Below, one piece after another: positions 33,535 through 55,110 of a stretch of 64,000 nt of DNA (position 1 is its first letter; each line of letters starts with the position of its first letter). The notes beneath the pieces are model-generated. The model saw only the letters and a program-made list of their open reading frames with translations. It was not told where the DNA came from and did no database searches. This stretch comes from the human T2T-CHM13v2.0 reference genome, Homo sapiens: NCBI RefSeq assembly GCF_009914755.1, contig NC_060936.1. One strand, given 5' to 3'. The position numbers and the translations under genes are program-made.

Positions 33535-34275
33535 TGTAATATGTCCTATGTGTAAGGACGTGTGTTTAATGTCAGTAGATCCCCAGTGAACCCAGTCAAG
33601 TTAGTCCTCTGAATTGATTCTAGAGAATTTAATTTCATTAAATTAAATGCACTTACCCTGACAGATTGCATTTGAGGGATAAGGCAAAGAAATTAAGGCT
33701 GCCTGATAGGTTTCGGGTGTGAGCAGCTAGATATGTGGTGGTATTGTTTACTTAAAGTTTAGGAGGAAACAAGTTTAAGTGGGAAGACCAAGAGTCAATT
33801 TTGGATACGTTAAGTTTGAGCTGCCTTTTAGATATCGAGAGAATAGTAGGATATATGAATCTGAAGCTCAGGGCCCAAGGTAGTTTTGGAAGTTAAAGCA
33901 TACATATGATATTTAATACATTAGGTCTGAATGGGAGATGAGGGAGTAAGGCAGTTATAATAAGCATGGACAGCTGTACTGAGAAGTTTTGCTGTGGTGG
34001 GAAGCAGAGAATTGGGTAATTGTTGAAAGGAGTTTTGTGGTCAATTTAGAGATCTTTTAAAATGGGAGATATTAAAGCATGTTTGTAAGCAGAAAGTAAT
34101 GAATCAGAACAGAGGGAAACATTGCTGCATTAAATAAGTGGGATAATTACAAGAATTGATTTCTGGAATTGGCAAGATGATATGATAGGCTCTACAGCAC
34201 AGATGGAAAAGTTGGCCATGTATAGGTGCAGTTCCATTGTGACTGGAAAGTAGGCCTGGAAAATGGACACAGATT

Positions 34276-34565
34276 GGCCAGGTGCAGTGGCTCATGCCTG
34301 TAATCCCAGTACTTTGAAAGGCCAAGGCTCTTAAGGTCCTCAAGGATCACTTGAGATCAGGAGTTCAAGACCAGCCTGGCCAACATGGTGAAACCCTGTC
34401 TCTACTAAAAATACAAAAATTAGCTAGGCATCATGGCAAGCACTTGTAGTCCCAGCTACTCAGGAGGCTGATGCAGGAGAATCACTCGAACCCGGGAAGC
34501 AGAGGTTGCAGTGAGCCGAGATCAAGCCACTGCACTCCACCCCATCTCAAAAAAAAGAGAAAAAA
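34276..34565 (+). mobile_element. AluS
   Basis: Alu consensus; TSD aaa(t/c)ggacacagatt. Confidence 0.9.
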
Positions 34566-34861
34566 ATAAAACGGACACAGATTCAGGTAGGTTGTATTTG
34601 GTAAAGGGCATAAGGGAGTGCTGGTCTGATTCCTTCCATTTCCACATTAAATTATGAAGCAGGGTCATCAAAACTGAGGATCAAAGGAGGTGGTGGAGGT
34701 TTGAGGAGGGAGGGGAAGATGTGAAATAGTCTTTTCAGATTGGGAAAGTGAAGTTATTAGGAAAACAAAATAGAATTTCTAAGCATTATTGAGTATCCAT
34801 TTGTTTGTATAATGAAATGGGTCACAGGTTCATGATTTTTTTCTTTTTTTTTTAATCTTAG

Positions 34862-35023
<162 letters not shown>

Positions 35024-35467
35024 TAAGTGGTTTCCCGATCTAAAATCAGAGAAGCATTTAAAAAATGATTTCTGTCTTGGTTCATCTTATTGTTAGTGGT
35101 TTATGCTAATAAAAATTGATTTAACAATCATTTCTGATATTTTAAGCTACCTGGTTTTTAAAAAGAATGCAGCCTTATAAAAGTTTGCATAATTTTATGT
35201 TTAAGATATTTATGTTTAAATATCTTATATACACAGTATAAATGGTATTCAGTCTTTGGCCCATCATTAAAAATGTACTGCTTTCTAGACTTTATTTCAG
35301 CACACTGTTTATTTCACTCTGCATACTTGTCAGCACTTTCCTCCCATACAACTGAAAAAAAATACATAGTTCTGTGGAGTATTAGAATCATTACCAGATC
35401 TAAAACAAACATCAGTCTTACCCTAAAGTGAACTGATTCCTTTTACCATTTAAAAAATAACATTTTG

Positions 35468-35765
35468 GGCCAGGCGTGGTGGCTCACGCCTGTAATCCCA
35501 GCACTTTGGGAGGCTGAGGGAGGAGGATAGCTTGAGCCTAGGAGTTCCAAGACTAGCCTGAGCAACAGTGAGACCCTGTCTCTATAAAAAAATACAAACA
35601 TTAGCCAGGGGTGGTGGTATGCTCCCATAGTCCCAGCTACTCAGGAGGCTGAGGTGGTAGGATCACCTGATCCCAGGAGATTGAGGCTGCTGTGAACTGT
35701 GATTGCGCCACGGCACTCCAGCCTGGGCGACAGAGTGAGACCCTGTCTCTAAATAAATAAATGAA
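35468..35765 (+). mobile_element. AluJ
   Basis: Alu consensus; TSD aaaaataacattttgg. Confidence 0.9.
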
Positions 35766-35894
35766 AGAAAATTAAAAATAACATTTTGGCAGTAATGTAA
35801 CATTAAACTTTTTTTTCCAGTGTTGCAGATTTGGACCAGACACTTGATATATTTTACTAGTATAATGTATACACATTTATGTATTGTCACAATT

Positions 35895-38464
<2,570 letters not shown>

Positions 38465-38733
38465 ATGTATTGCCATAATTATTATGAAATAATTACTGTG
38501 TATAAAGTCATTTTTTGTAAGCCAAGGAAGAGATGGATTTCTAGATGTGAAATTAATTATAAAAATAATCCATAATTGACCACACTTCTTTTTATTTTAA
38601 AAGACATTAGTGAATAACCTTGTTTCATGAGAAGGCCAGACCACATACACATAAAACTATGATGTGAAGAATATTGAGTTTAGTGAATGGATAACAACCA
38701 CTGACAGCCTAACCTGTCCAACCATTCTTTTAG

Positions 38734-39114
<381 letters not shown>

Positions 39115-40607
39115 TAAAGTAATAATCACAACTGTAAAAAGACAATTATCTAATCTCTTCTCAAAAAATTGAGGGAGAAGCATGTTTTTCCTTTTGTTGG
39201 TTGGAGGAAGTAAAACAAATTCAGATGGTACAATGACTTTTTCTATAACTTGGGTATTTAAGTGTTTTCCAGCAAGGACAGTGTACATATTTATGGGAAG
39301 AAGACACCTATTTAACTGTACTGATGATTTTGGCATAGCATCCTATTGAGCCTGCTTTATGTCATTGCCCTTTTAATGAAATCTCTTCATTAATAAAAAC
39401 TGATAATTTGTGTTTTTCTCATTACACATAAATTGTGCCTAACAGTTAATCATACTTTTTTCATCATAGATAGTATCAGCCTTTAAAGCAATGTCAGCAT
39501 TTCTTGCTGCCCTAAAAATGGTTTAAATAAAAGTGTGTGCTGCTCACTAATAAAGGAAACATGTGACTCATAAGCAGCTAGGAATACCTGATGATTTTAT
39601 CTGACACCCTTGTGGGCAGATATACCATTAGAAGAATTTTATTTTATTAGCACAGAAACTCAACTTTTTATGAACATTGATGCTAAAGAATGTTCAGAGG
39701 TGATTGAAGTACTCAGTAATAATAATTGTTTTACTTTACTAATGAAAGATATATTCATCCAACATTATAGTAGTGCTGATTCCTCAGCATCTCATTTGCA
39801 TGTTATGAATGTACTTATATGTGGATCTTATCAAAATTAAACTTTTTTAAAACTTGTAAGCATTCCCCTAAGACTTTTGCCATTTATTCTATTCACTTCT
39901 CTTTTGCATTAATCCCACACATGTGCACTTACTTCTTAGATAGTTGTCACATGAACACACCTTATTTTTCACGTTAATTTCCTCTTTGAAAAATCTCTTA
40001 AGGCAGAAATCCTGGCTGCCACTGCTGAGGAAGCAGCAAATGGTCTAAATCAGTTGTGGTGGTTTGTTCTATTTTTTAAAAAAATAATTAATTTGCTCAA
40101 AGCACATTTACTTTAATGTTAAACAAATGTGCTTTTTCCAAAATGTGCAAATGTGTGTTTTCCAGTGTGCAAAGAATCTGATACTGTGCTCTATATAGTA
40201 TAATCTTTTTTGTTTTAAAGAATACTATTCATTCTGCAGAAACTTTAGTTGTGCCTTTGGATAATATGGGTAAGAGGGATTATATGCTTTTTTTCATGGT
40301 CTAGAGACATTCTGTGACACAACTTATTTTGTGTTTGCTCAGTTTTTTCAGATGGAAAAATTAATATATTTGTTGTGAACATCAAGATGCTGTTATAAAG
40401 CACTGTGAGATCTCAAATGAAAATTAATTATGGCATATATAAATAACCGTACAACCACTATTGTACTTCAGTCAGTCAGATTCAAAGTATTTTGATTGTT
40501 TTATGGATCCTGTGAGCATCAATCACAAAGTTTCATCTAGTAGATAATTGTAGGTGCAATTGAGGAAATACTTTTGCAAAGCCCATTAATAAGTCATGCA
40601 AAAATGA

Positions 40608-40754
<147 letters not shown>

Positions 40755-42104
40755 TAAGTATGGTGTACCTAATTCTCATCTTTTGCACTTTGGTGTTTGA
40801 AATCTTTGTTGCCTAGAACCACAGATACTCAAATACTGAAGTGTAGTTTGATTTTATTTTAATTAGATATTGTCAAAGCATGTGCTTTGATAAATGATTT
40901 TTGTCTTCGTGGTGGTGAAAAGATTTATTCTCTGCTATATGAATAATTTCCCAAGATCTTCATTAGGACACAGGGCATACATTTTTGAGATTGGTAATCA
41001 CTGGTCTTGGAATTCTTCCCAGTGTAGGGATCATGCTCAGGACCTTAGTATCTTTTGTAATGACCTCCATATTGATGGATAACAAATAGTGGATTAGATA
41101 TGAGTAAATTTCTCAACTGGAGTTGTAAAAAGCAAACAATGAAGAGATTTAGTATTATCTTCATTTTAAAAAATTCAAATTATTCAAAGGGTGAGAAATA
41201 ATAGTTTTTTGTACTTTTTAGCATTTCAAATGTTCATTTGGGTCTTGTTTAATGTCACAGACAGAAATCAAAAAAATTATATTGTCATTTAAGAATCCTG
41301 TTACCACAAAGAAAGAATTAAGGTAAAAGAAATTAAAAGTAGAAAGTAAATTATTTTGTATTTCACTCTGGAAACAAAGCCAAGACATGCATCGGTATTT
41401 AGTATCTGTGATTACTGAATTAGCTTCCATTTTTCTTGAGTGTGGTAGTTATATAATCCTTAATTGGACACAAGTTATGAATTAGTGGCTTATCACCTTT
41501 TTTAAGTTGTGGGTGCTTTTTGTATGACTTTAAATAAATAAATATATAAAACAAGCTAATAAAATATCACTTATCATTTTATATGTTGGGTTCTGTGAAA
41601 ATTCATTTAAACCAAGAGTTCCAATGCTGAAATCATTTTCAAAAACCACTATTGTTAACAGTTTTTTGTGTGTGTTATTTTAAAAAGTTTCCAAAATGAA
41701 ATTGTCATGTAACTAGATTACTAAGAGAAATTCATTGTGTTGGAGAGTAGAAATTTAATATTATAACTGTGATTTGTGTTAAATTTTTATTTAGGAAATA
41801 CTCATTTTGGGGATCTCAGGCAAAACTGATAAAGTGTAAAGGGCTCAGAAAATGAACACTTGCTGGTAAATAATTATATTGCCAAAACTCAGAATCAAAA
41901 AAATCTGATGATCTGAACTGCAGCATATTTCTGGAGGGTAACAGGCATTATCTATCGAATCAGTCTTTAGCATACCAAGTTACAAATTCTTTGAGAAAAA
42001 TTGCTTAGATGCCAGAAAGTATATTATATAATTTTTTTGTTTTAAATAGTAAGAACTCTAAGTACTACAAATCAGCCGTGAAAACAACTACCAGAAATGT
42101 AATG

Positions 42105-42268
42105 GGTCTTGGCACGGTGGCATACACCTATAATCCCACCTGCTCAGGAAGCTGAGACAGGATACTTGAGCCCCAGAGTTTGAGACTGCAATGCATAAAG
42201 CATCTGTGAATAGCTGCTGCACTTCAGCCTGGGCAACATAACAAGACCCCATTTCTAGAAGAAAAAAA
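42105..42268 (+). mobile_element. Alu monomer
   Basis: Diverged single arm. Confidence 0.75.
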
Positions 42269-42422
42269 GCTATAATTCCTTATTCATTGATGAGTGGCAT
42301 TAAATGAAGGTTACCTAGCTTTCTGAAAAGTTGACAGATTTTAAATTTTTTAAATTAATCTAATATAGTAATAATGACAGTTCCTTTGATTTGCTGGTAA
42401 ATACTATGATTTTTTAACCTAG

Positions 42423-42653
<231 letters not shown>

Positions 42654-43189
42654 TAAGTATCTCTATTTTCTTCTTGTATCAACATGTTCTGTTATATAAT
42701 ATTTTCCTAAGTTAGGAAAAGAAATAGAAAAGATGCCTCAGCTTCACCAAAAGTACCCATTTCCCACATGGAAAATTATATTTAAGTGCTTAGTAAATTC
42801 CTTTTCACTTATTTTTGGAGTAAAAGGATTGATAATTCTAAAATTTATAGTTAAATTAGCTTGTTTCTTAAACTGTAAGTTTTACAAAAGTACTTTCATT
42901 GCTGTGCCTTCTTTCAAGTTACATAATCACATAACCACAAATGGCATCTACCAATAAACCAGCCAGGTTTTGCTAAGTGTACTATCCTGCCATGTTAAAA
43001 TATCAAAGCCTAAGTCTTCATTGTTAGCATGGTTATTTGCCTATGATAACCCTATGCAGATAATATGGTTACTATTAACCATAATAATGGTTAAAGCACC
43101 TGGCTCCGGAAAAATAATCAGTGTTTGTTTTATGTAAACAAAAACACATTACACCCATGTGATTAAAAAAAACTACCCATGTGATAAAA

Positions 43190-43518
43190 CTGCATATAAA
43201 GTTTTGGTCAATGATGGACCATATATACAACACTGGTTCCGTAAGATTATAATATCATATTTTTACTGTACCTTTTCTATGTTTAGACATGTTCAGATAT
43301 ACAAATACTGTTTCTAATTATGTTACAGCTGCCTGCAGTATTAAGTACAGTAGCATGCTGTACAGGTTCGTAGCCTAGGAGCAGTAGGCTAGCTACCCTA
43401 TATAGCCTAGGTGTGTAGAAGGCTATACCATGTAGTTTTCTGTAAATATACTCTGTGATGTTCACACAATGATGCAGTTTTTAGAACTATTCCCATCATT
43501 AAGCAATGCATGACTGTA
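43190..43518. mobile_element. Tigger3/MER7-type DNA transposon
   Basis: ttactgtaccttttctatgtttaga...gcatgactgta end. Confidence 0.8.
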
Positions 43519-43734
43519 CACATACATATACTTGCATGTAAAACTGGGGAAATTTGAGTAAGTTGGGTGTATCAATGTTAATAGCTGGTTGTGATGCTTT
43601 GCTATATGCAGGATGCCACCATTGGGGGAAGCTGGGAGAAGAATATATGGTGTCTCTCTTCATCATTTCTTAGAACTGCATGTGAATCTACAGTGATGTC
43701 AATGTTTTGTAAAAAGCTCACCCAGTGTGATTAT

Positions 43735-43945
43735 CGTTAATAATAACTTAATTGTACATTTTAAAATAGCTAAAAAAATATAATTTGATTTTCTGTAACA
43801 CAAAAGATAAATGCTTGACTGGATGGATACCCCATTCTCCATGGTGTGATTATTATGTATTGCATGTCTGTAACAAAACATCTCATGTACCTCATAAATA
43901 TATTCATTTCCTATGTACACACAAAAATTAAAAACAAAAAATTTT
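43735..43945 (+). mobile_element. L1MA 3' end
   Basis: gatggataccccattctccatggtgtgattatt. Confidence 0.8.
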
Positions 43946-44094
43946 CAAAAGGTGACACAGTGGAGGCTTGTAGAGCCAAATTACAATATTGCTGCTGAAA
44001 CATTTCTTTTGATGTCATTGATCTATTCATGGGGAAGCTGTCTTTTCCCCCGAAGCATCATTTTGAAAATACCTAGATTTATTAATGTATTTAA

Positions 44095-44320
44095 CAAACA
44101 TATAGTCACATAACAAGTGCTGTTCTTGGTTCTTTACATATTTAAGCCATTTAATCCTCACAACAATTCTGTGAAGTGGGTACTGTTATTATTTCCATTT
44201 TACTGATGAGGAAACAGTGCAGAGGAGTTAAGTCACTTACGGTTTTATAGGAAGTTAGTGGAAGAGCTGAGATTTGAACCCATGTATCTGATTCAAGTCA
44301 GTGCTCTAAACCGCTCTGCT
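44095..44320 (-). mobile_element. MIR
   Basis: tttaatcctcacaacaa..ccattttactgatgaggaaac. Confidence 0.8.
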
Positions 44321-44355
44321 ATGTTGGTTCTCTATTTGAAAATATTAATAATCTT

Positions 44356-44682
<327 letters not shown>

Positions 44683-44895
44683 TTAAGAATCCTGTATATT
44701 ACACAGGTATCCAAACATAAAAATACTTTAGAATTGCTTACTGTATGGACAGGTTATATGGAATGGAGTTTGTAGTATCCACATTAACAAAGCAAGTTTA
44801 TATGGACTGGTTATGATATTAGGGATATGAATTAGAAATGGATGTTGTTGCACTCATTTAAAATATTTTGCCTCTCACTTTATCCCCAGTTATAG

Positions 44896-45396
<501 letters not shown>

Positions 45397-46073
45397 TCAT
45401 TGTAGAAATGATTGTCATCCTTATAAAGCTGATGATAATATTAGTGTAGAGCTTTCATAAATATTAAAATTTTATAAATTACTATAGTTGAAAGAGAGTA
45501 ATTGTAAAATTGAAAAAGCCTTGTAGACATGATTTGACTTCAAATATTTTGTTTCCTAAAACGATAAAATCGTTTGTCATACGTTTCACTGTAACTCTCT
45601 TTAAAAAGTGTTTTGCTAACACTCAAAATTACCTTTTATATCATAAATTTCAGCAAATATTTTTTGTGTGCAGTATGTATAGAACATTGTGCCAAGCTTT
45701 AGAGTCTAAGAAAAATTAGATCTGCATTTTTAGAATCTTTTAAATTACTCATTCTACTGGTAGAAAAAAAAATGGATCACCCAGAATTTTACAGTTCTAT
45801 TTGAAGGTTGGGATTTGATGTAGATTTAAAGAGAAGCATTGGACTCATTGTGTTGGTGTATATTTAAGGAAAAAATGAAACTCCTTAGAAATATTTGAGG
45901 TAATTTGTTAGAGAATGAGCATTATTGTTTGAAGTGGTGTTTTTTTAATCACGAAAACTACATTACAGATTTTGCCACTAATGTTTAATTTAGACATTGT
46001 GTTTGCTCTATAAAGGATAAAGTGATTTTTTCAAAAAGTTTTCTTTCTCATTTTATTTTACTTCATATTTCAG

Positions 46074-46132
46074 TTTCCCTCCCTAAAGTACATCCACGTT
46101 ATGATTTAGACGGGGATGCTAGCATGGCTAAG
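46074..46132 (+). CDS. TBK1: TBK1 exon 10
   Basis: CAG acceptor, AAG|GTTAGT, 59 nt. Confidence 0.96.
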
Positions 46133-46544
46133 GTTAGTATTTAATTTAATTACTATGTAAACATCTGAATTTAATGTATCCTATCAATAGTGGAAGCAAT
46201 AACATGTATTGTGTCTTCATGTATGTCTATATGACTTAGGAAATTATTCACTTAAATTGATACCCTTTCCAAGTGATTTTGTGGTCTTTCTTTTTTACTT
46301 TTTATCCTTTCTTGAATTCATTATATAAGAAAATTCTCTCCATTGAGATAGTGCATGTTTAGATAATGTTAAGGATAACATATTTATTATATTTATATCT
46401 ATTTTTAACTCTTAGAAATTGGTGGTTTATTGTGTTTTTAATTAACCTGATAAAAATGTGTAAGCTTGAATAATTTTGTGTAAAAGTTTTTCTTACCCTA
46501 TACCACAATTAGCACCAAATATTGACATTTTATTTCTTTATTAG

Positions 46545-46637
<93 letters not shown>

Positions 46638-47055
46638 TAAGTAATAGATTGAAATTTTGAAATTGATTTTCATGTAGACCTTGCCCCATCATTGATATTT
46701 TCTCTCTTCAAACTAGTTAGGTTAGGTGCTTGATTTTTATTATAATACATTTGTTTCACATTTAGTTTATAAAACATTTAGCAGCTCATTTTTCATGAGT
46801 CCTACAATGACCTTGTGAGACAGAACAAATAGTATCTGAATTTTAAAACTTACACCACGCTATAGGATGTGACGGCAAATGCATTTCTTTTCCTAGGACC
46901 TTGAGTAGTTGGTTGTCATTTAACTATGTTAGAAGTCTTTGGCTTGTTAGAATTCAGTACAATCTGTACTTTCTAGCATTTAAGTCCTCAAAGTCTTCCT
47001 TAATTTCCTACCATTTTCCCAAATGAAGTACACAGTCCTTTTTTATCACACCGTA

Positions 47056-47590
47056 TTTTTTTTTTTTCTTTTTGAGACAGGGTCTCGCTGTCACCCAGGC
47101 TGGAGTGCAGTGGCACAATCACAGATCACTGCAGCCTGAAACTCCTGGCCTCAAGTGATCCTACCACCTCACCTTCCCAAGTACCTGGGACTATAGGCAT
47201 GCCCCACCACACCCAGCTAATTTTTTTTTTTTTAGTGATGGGGGGTCTAGTTATGTTGCCCAGGCTGGTCTCAAACTCTTGGGCTCAGGCAATCAGCCCG
47301 CCTCAGCTGGGATTATAGGCATGAGCCACACCCAGCCTTCACAACATTGAGATATAATTCATATACTATATAACTCATGCATTTAAGCATACAGTTTAAT
47401 GGTTTTTATTATGTTCAGAGTTGTGCAGCCATCATCACTAATTTTAGAACATTTTCATCACCCCAGAAAGTATCTCTGCATCCATTAGTATTCACTCTCC
47501 ATCTCCGCCTAAACAGCCCTGCCCTAGGCAACCACTAATATACTGTTTGCCTGTTCCAGACATTTCATATAAATGAAATTATACAATATG
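47056..47590 (-). mobile_element. AluJ (47056-47336) followed by an L1M 3' fragment
   Basis: Alu consensus; ttttagaacattttcatcacccca. Confidence 0.82.
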
Positions 47591-48528
47591 AATATATAAT
47601 CTAACAAGCAATTTAAAAGCTAATTTTTTAAAACTAGATCGCTTAATATAGTTATTCTAGTTCAGAATAACTGGTTATCTAGTTTAAGTAGTTTCTTCCT
47701 GAAAGTGACTCTAAGAAATGTAAGATGGATGTAATTTTTACCTGTTTTTTACTTTAATGATTTATAGATGTCATCTTTCCATCTGAAAAAAATGGAAAAT
47801 ACATTATCTCTTTTGGAAATTATGCTTGTTTCTACACATCATTCAAAGCTTTTGAATTTTGCGTACACATCATGATGGCCTTGTGGCCGACAGATGTTAA
47901 GAAGTTTGTTTTCTGCACTCATGTCGCTATGTATGTGCCCTTGGACTGTAATGCTTTTGACAGTTTATGTATGCCTACCTCATACCCACCCCGTCTTGCA
48001 AAAGTGTGTATGAAGCATTTCATCACTCTTTTTAGGCTCCTTTTTTTTTCTGTTAGCATTATATGAAACCCATAAATTTGTGTTTATCTTTTTCACTGTG
48101 TTCACATATCTTAGTTCCTAAGCCTATGCTTTTCTGTTTCCACTAAGAAGCTTCCTTGTTTTTACTGGTTTCTGGAAAAATCTCTGTGTACTAACAGTTT
48201 TTATTTTCTCTTATCTATCGTCAATTGCTGATCCTTGAAGCTTTTATTCCTTTTACTTATTAGTTTATAGTCCAATAAGTCATGAGAAAATAGTTTTAAT
48301 GTAAACCACTGTTGGCAAACATTTTCTTTAAAGGATCAGTCTAATATTTTAGACTTTGTGAGCTGCATATGGTCTCTTCTTTGTTTTTACAGTCTTTAAA
48401 AGTGTAATGTTAGCTCATGGGCCATACAAAAAGCAGGCCTCAAGTCTTAGTTTGTTGATCCCTGATGTAGATCAAAAGCCCTTCAATTATATATTTCTTA
48501 CTGTGTCATCCTTCTTCAGATGACATCA

Positions 48529-48733
48529 CAAGTTGAGCATCCCTAATAAAAAATATTCCAAAAGTCAAATCTTTTTGCTCAAAGTTTATGCTCAAAGGAA
48601 ATACTCATTGGAACATTTTGGATTCTCAGATTAGGGATGCTTAACCAGTATGTATATATGCAAATATCCCAAAATCCAAAATCTGAAAAACACTTCTGGT
48701 CCCAAGCATTTCAGATAAGAGATATTCAACCTG
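48529..48733. mobile_element. Tigger4a/MER46-type DNA transposon
   Basis: TIR-like ends caagttgagcatccc / gatattcaacctg. Confidence 0.8.
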
Positions 48734-49091
48734 TAATTGGTTTAAAGTATAAATCAGACAGTAGTCTACTCTGAGTAGTAAAAATTAATTCTGGTGGTAT
48801 AAACTGTAATGCTCTACAAACTATTTGTGTAATTGTAGATTAGTTTTTACTCCTTAATGTAATTTTAATACCTTAGGTTTTTAAACTGTTAACCTAAGTA
48901 GTAATGGTTTGTGAAAATATGAGTTCCCTAATACATCAGGATCACAGAAATGCTTATTATAATAATGTTTCAAAAAGTGTGAATTGATGAATATCATGAA
49001 TATTGTTATAAAATGTTTTTGAACTGTAGTACTGCAGTATAATTAGTGATAGATAGAAAAAATAACTCCTTAGATAAACTAATTAGAATAA

Positions 49092-49208
<117 letters not shown>

Positions 49209-49330
49209 TGAGTAGACTACTTCCTTACTAGTAGGGGTTAAATTATTAAATGTTCCATTTCTATTTAAATGACTTAGTTATCCTTGGCACAATATGGCAT
49301 GCTATGCTAGGGTTTCTATTAAAGATCAGC

Positions 49331-49642
<312 letters not shown>

Positions 49643-50149
49643 TTAGTGATTACTTTATCATCACAAAGGCAAAAATGCCAGTTTTCTTGGTAAGAAGTGA
49701 ACACCATCTCTTAGTGGCATTTCCTCCCAGCCATTGGGCAGGAAAAGGTAGTGGGAAAAACATCTCATTTCTATCTTGTAAAACAGAAACTGTGAATAAG
49801 AAAATATGAAACTTGTAATCAACAAAGGAAATAGGAAGAGATATTCTAGAACAGCCTTTTAGTAGTATTTTTAGAATTATAGGAATTACTTTTAGTTTAT
49901 TTTTACTTGTTAATCTTATTCCTGAGAACACGTTTTGAAACAGAATGATATTTTTAACTGCCCTCTTTCTAGAATATACTATTTGTACTGCAGAGGAAAT
50001 ACAATAAATGAAATCAGTATTCACTATTGACCTTCATTAATTCTGAAATGTATTTTTACTATTATCCTCATATAAGATTATTTGAAATTAATTTGTCTTT
50101 TCTGTTTTATCCATCCCTTAATCTGCAAATTTAAAATAGAAGCAGATAA

Positions 50150-50494
<345 letters not shown>

Positions 50495-50659
50495 GGCATC
50501 AGGTTTTTTTTTTAACAATCTGCTGGCTTATAGACTTTGAATCAATTTTTTATTTTTAAATGGTTATGATGAAAGCTGAAATTATTATTTATAAAACATC
50601 TTTTTAAAACTATGTATTGATTATACTCATTTAATTTTCTCTTTTGACTTTTCATACAG

Positions 50660-50738
50660 ATATGAAAAGTTGATGAAGATCAACCTGGAAGCGGCAGAGT
50701 TAGGTGAAATTTCAGACATACACACCAAATTGTTGAGA
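50660..50738 (+). CDS. TBK1: TBK1 exon 13
   Basis: CAG acceptor, AGA|GTAAGT, 79 nt. Confidence 0.96.
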
Positions 50739-50818
50739 GTAAGTGTTTACAAAATTACGAAATTTGTAAGCTCATAACCTATTCCTTTGCTGGCACTATT
50801 AGATTTAAACTTTCTTAG

Positions 50819-52280
<1,462 letters not shown>

Positions 52281-52851
52281 TTAGTATTCGAAGTATTCTT
52301 TCATAAAATGGATGTTAAATTAAAAGTGAAAGGAACTTGATACGATATCCTTTTCACTTTCCAGCTTAGGCTGATGTTTGTTTCTTTTCCTCAGTTTTAG
52401 ATCTCAAACAGTGGTTTTCAAAATATGAGTAATGAACAACTAGTAGGTTATGAAGTTGGGTGCCTTGTAATCAGCAATGTATTTTTCAGTGGAACAGAAT
52501 AGAAAATGTCAGAATGTGTCACATATAATAAGGAAATCATTGTTTATGAAACTTTGATTCAGGTATATACACACTTTAAATGTTACTGAGTTAAAACAGT
52601 GAGTTTCTTACTATGAGTTGTGGTCAGGAAAGTTTGAAAACCATAGCTATAGAATAAGGTGATTAAAAGTCAGAAAGCACAAAATAGTCTTCCCCAGTAT
52701 TTGTCTGCATTTAAATATAGGCAGCCATATTGCTGTCAGTGTTTTATATTCTTCTCTGTTTTCACCTTAGAACATGATTTACCTGCTTATAGGCCTAGTG
52801 GACATTTATTTCCAGGGCCAGCATCGTTTGAGCACTTTAAATCAAAATTAA

Positions 52852-53809
<958 letters not shown>

Positions 53810-53931
53810 TTCGTAGTGGAGACCTTACAGACATTTTTCCCACCACAAAAGTAAAATTTATAAGTAGAAAAAAATACCACATATATTATGCACCCAAAAA
53901 ATGATGCTTAAAAGTTTTGTCCATTGCCCTG

Positions 53932-54438
53932 CAGCAGTGCTTCTCAGAGTGGCTCCTGGGCCACAGGTCGCAGTGGTTCACACCTGTAATCCCAGAACTT
54001 TGGGAGGCTGAGGTAGGCGGATCACTTGAGGCCAGGAGTTCGAGACCAGCCTGGCCAATATGGTGAAACCGTGTCTCTAATAAAAATACAAAAATTAGCC
54101 GGGCGTAGTGGCAGACGCTTGTAATCCCAGCTACTGGGGAGGCTGAGGCAAGAGAATCACTTGAACCTGGGAGATGGAGGTTGCTGTGAGCCGAGATCAT
54201 GCCACTGTCCTCCAGCCTGGGCGACAGAGACCCTGTCTCAAAAAATAAAAAAAAAGTAAAGAAGAGTGGCTCCTGGGCCAGCAGCTTCAGCCTCACATGG
54301 GAACTTATTAGAAATGCACATTTTGGGACCCCACCTCGGATGTGTTGAGTCAGCAACTCACTGGCAGAACCCAGCAAAGGCCCTTTTTAATAAGCCTTCC
54401 AGGTGATTCTCATGCTGCTAAAATCTGGGTAATCACTG
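53932..54438. mobile_element. MER5A-like hAT element interrupted by a sense Alu (about 53958-54258)
   Basis: Direct repeat agagtggctcctgggcca; gggaacttattagaaatgca..ccaggtgattctcatgc. Confidence 0.82.
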
Positions 54439-54796
54439 TTTTCATTTTCTTTTATATGTATTATTAAATGACTGTTACTCTACAAACATATGGTTGTTAT
54501 TTTTACTTTTTGGATACCATTATAGTGTAGGCATTTCCCAGGTTTTTTTGGTAACACCATTTTCTTAATGATATGATGTTGCAGCCAGTGGATTTATTAC
54601 AGTCTTACTTATTATTGCTCTACTGTTGGTCCTTTAGTTTGCTTTTCACTCTTCTATGTAATGCTGTAAGAAATGACTTTTTCCATAAACTATTTTCCAT
54701 ATATTGGATGTATAATTTAACACATTCTAAACATTAATGTTAAAACAGACATAAAGCATAAAAACCGAGATATATATTTGATCATATAAAAATTTA

Positions 54797-55110
54797 AGCT
54801 GGGCACAGTGGCTCATACCTGTAATCCCAGCACTTTGGGAGGCCAAGGTGGGGGTAGACTGGTTGAGCTCAGGGGTTCAAGACCAGCCTGGGAACATGGT
54901 GAAACCCCAACTCTACCAAAAAAAGAAAAAGAAAAAAAAGAAAAAATTAGCAAGACGCAATAGCACGCACTTGTAATCCCATCTACTCAGGAGGCTTAAG
55001 GTGAGAGGATGGCTTGAACTCAGGAGGCAGAGGTTGCGGGAGCTGAGATTGCACCACTGCACTCCAGCCTAGGCGACAGAATGAGACTCTGTTTCAAAAA
55101 TAAAATAAAA
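54797..55110 (+). mobile_element. AluJ
   Basis: Alu consensus; TSD taaaaatttaag. Confidence 0.9.
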